DNA of 25,695 nt from an uncultured virus (IMG/VR IMGVR_UViG_3300025421_000001) (taxonomy: Duplodnaviria > Heunggongvirae > Uroviricota > Caudoviricetes): IMG/VR virus record IMGVR_UViG_3300025421_000001. One strand, given 5' to 3'. How positions within the stretch are numbered: position 1 is the first letter of the stretch; every line of letters begins with the position of its first letter. Both the position numbers and the translations under genes were made by a program. This document shows, one piece after another, positions 24,928 to 25,695 of the stretch. Under the pieces are notes generated by a model that saw only the letters and a program-made list of their open reading frames with translations, was not told the origin of the DNA and made no database searches.

Positions 24928-25695
24928 GTTACGTACCTTCAGATCCAAACGTACTAATACAAAGAATACTTAAACAACAATACGGTCACACGTATGTAGA
25001 CATTCCTCAACATCAGGGTTCTTATTACGCAACAGTAATTGATACGGACGCTACAAATCCTTCTGTAAGTACAGGAAATATGAGGATTACGATTCCATCT
25101 CTTGGTCAAGATAACGTATGGAATGAAATTCCCTACATAGGTGACGTTCCACCTCCAAATAATACAACCATTATTGTTGGTTTTGATCACTCAAGTCGTA
25201 AACCGGTACATCATGGATATGTCGGTTTTCACCCACGTCAAACTCATTATGGAACGGGTACACCAGATGCTGCATTAGGTAACGTTGGTGATACGTATAT
25301 AAATTCCACGAATGCACAAATTTTTGGTCCAAAAACAACCGCTGGATGGGGAGATGGAACACAGGGAATTCAAAGCGGTAGTGGACCTCAGGGTCCAACC
25401 GGCCCTCAAGGGGCACAAGGGGTTCAAGGCGCTTACGGAGGCCCGCAGGGCAATCAGGGTTTCCAGGGTTTTCAAGGCGATCAAGGACCGCAGGGTTTTC
25501 AAGGGAACCAAGGCTCAATCGGTGCACAAGGTTCTACTGGAGCTCAAGGCGCCACGGGCGCTACGGGCTCGCAGGGAGCCACCGGCTCACAAGGCTCGCA
25601 GGGTTTCCAAGGCAACCAGGGTCTAACCGGTTCTCAGGGCGCTACGGGCTCGCAGGGAGCCACCGGCTCACAAGGCCCGCAGGGTTTCCAAGGCA
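24924..25695 (+). CDS. Spike-position OB-fold protein fused to a collagen-like Gly-X-Y repeat (partial, runs off the window; not in the ORF track)
   Basis: ATGA overlap with the hub gene. Translation: MSYVPSDPN..GSYYATVID..GNMRITIPSLG..PPPNNTTIIVGFD, then GTGTPDAALGNVGDTYIN..IFGPKT..GW, then GPQGPTGPQGAQ... from about 25383 to the end. Confidence 0.8.
   Translation, partial: MSYVPSDPNVLIQRILKQQYGHTYVDIPQHQGSYYATVIDTDATNPSVSTGNMRITIPSLGQDNVWNEIPYIGDVPPPNNTTIIVGFDHSSRKPVHHGYVGFHPRQTHYGTGTPDAALGNVGDTYINSTNAQIFGPKTTAGWGDGTQGIQSGSGPQGPTGPQGAQGVQGAYGGPQGNQGFQGFQGDQGPQGFQGNQGSIGAQGSTGAQGATGATGSQGATGSQGSQGFQGNQGLTGSQGATGSQGATGSQGPQGFQG
25556..25695 (+). repeat. Direct repeat within the collagen region (at least 59 bp, period 81 bp)
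   Basis: 25556-25614 matches 25637-25695 with one mismatch; the second copy reaches the window edge. Confidence 0.9.

Noticed and set aside
25171..25626. ORFs 25312..25626 (+), 25171..25527 (-) and 25275..25511 (-)
   Set aside because: They are off-frame shadows of the Gly-X-Y repeat; the real frame starts at 24924 and stays open to the window end.
17141..25695. Tail cluster as a tailocin, eCIS or T6SS
   Set aside because: It is contiguous with terminase, portal and capsid genes, so it belongs to a phage.
1..25695. Stop-codon recoding, introns or inteins, integrase
   Set aside because: All genes read through in the standard code with normal lengths, and no splicing or recombinase motifs were seen in this window.

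Overview
This window is a fragment of a tailed dsDNA phage genome with a contractile tail (myovirus-like). An actinobacterial host is a weak inference. A leftward arm (17-4242) encodes a small membrane protein, a 2OG-Fe(II) oxygenase, tRNA-Asn and tRNA-Gln, a NodU/CmcH-type carbamoyltransferase, a very acidic small protein and a C5 cytosine methyltransferase. The methyltransferase gene carries a second gene nested in the +1 frame with its own Shine-Dalgarno. A divergent, AT-rich intergenic region (4243-4523) holds three 16-bp palindromes and back-to-back promoters. The rightward arm encodes a dNMP kinase and a Holliday-junction-resolvase-like nuclease, then a morphogenesis module in the usual order: terminase large subunit, portal, a very basic protein, protease/scaffold polyprotein, major capsid protein, head-tail and neck proteins, sheath, tube, frameshifted tail chaperone, tape measure, baseplate proteins, and a spike-like OB-fold fused to a collagen repeat that runs off the window. 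The most interesting candidates are (i) a translationally coupled carbamoyltransferase-acidic protein-methyltransferase unit with an upstream oxygenase, possibly a post-replicative cytosine hypermodification route, (ii) the dual-coded methyltransferase, (iii) internal ribosome-binding sites that would make nested scaffold proteins, and (iv) a terminator or attenuator between the frameshifted chaperone and the tape measure gene. All functional calls come from reading motifs by eye; no database searches were run.
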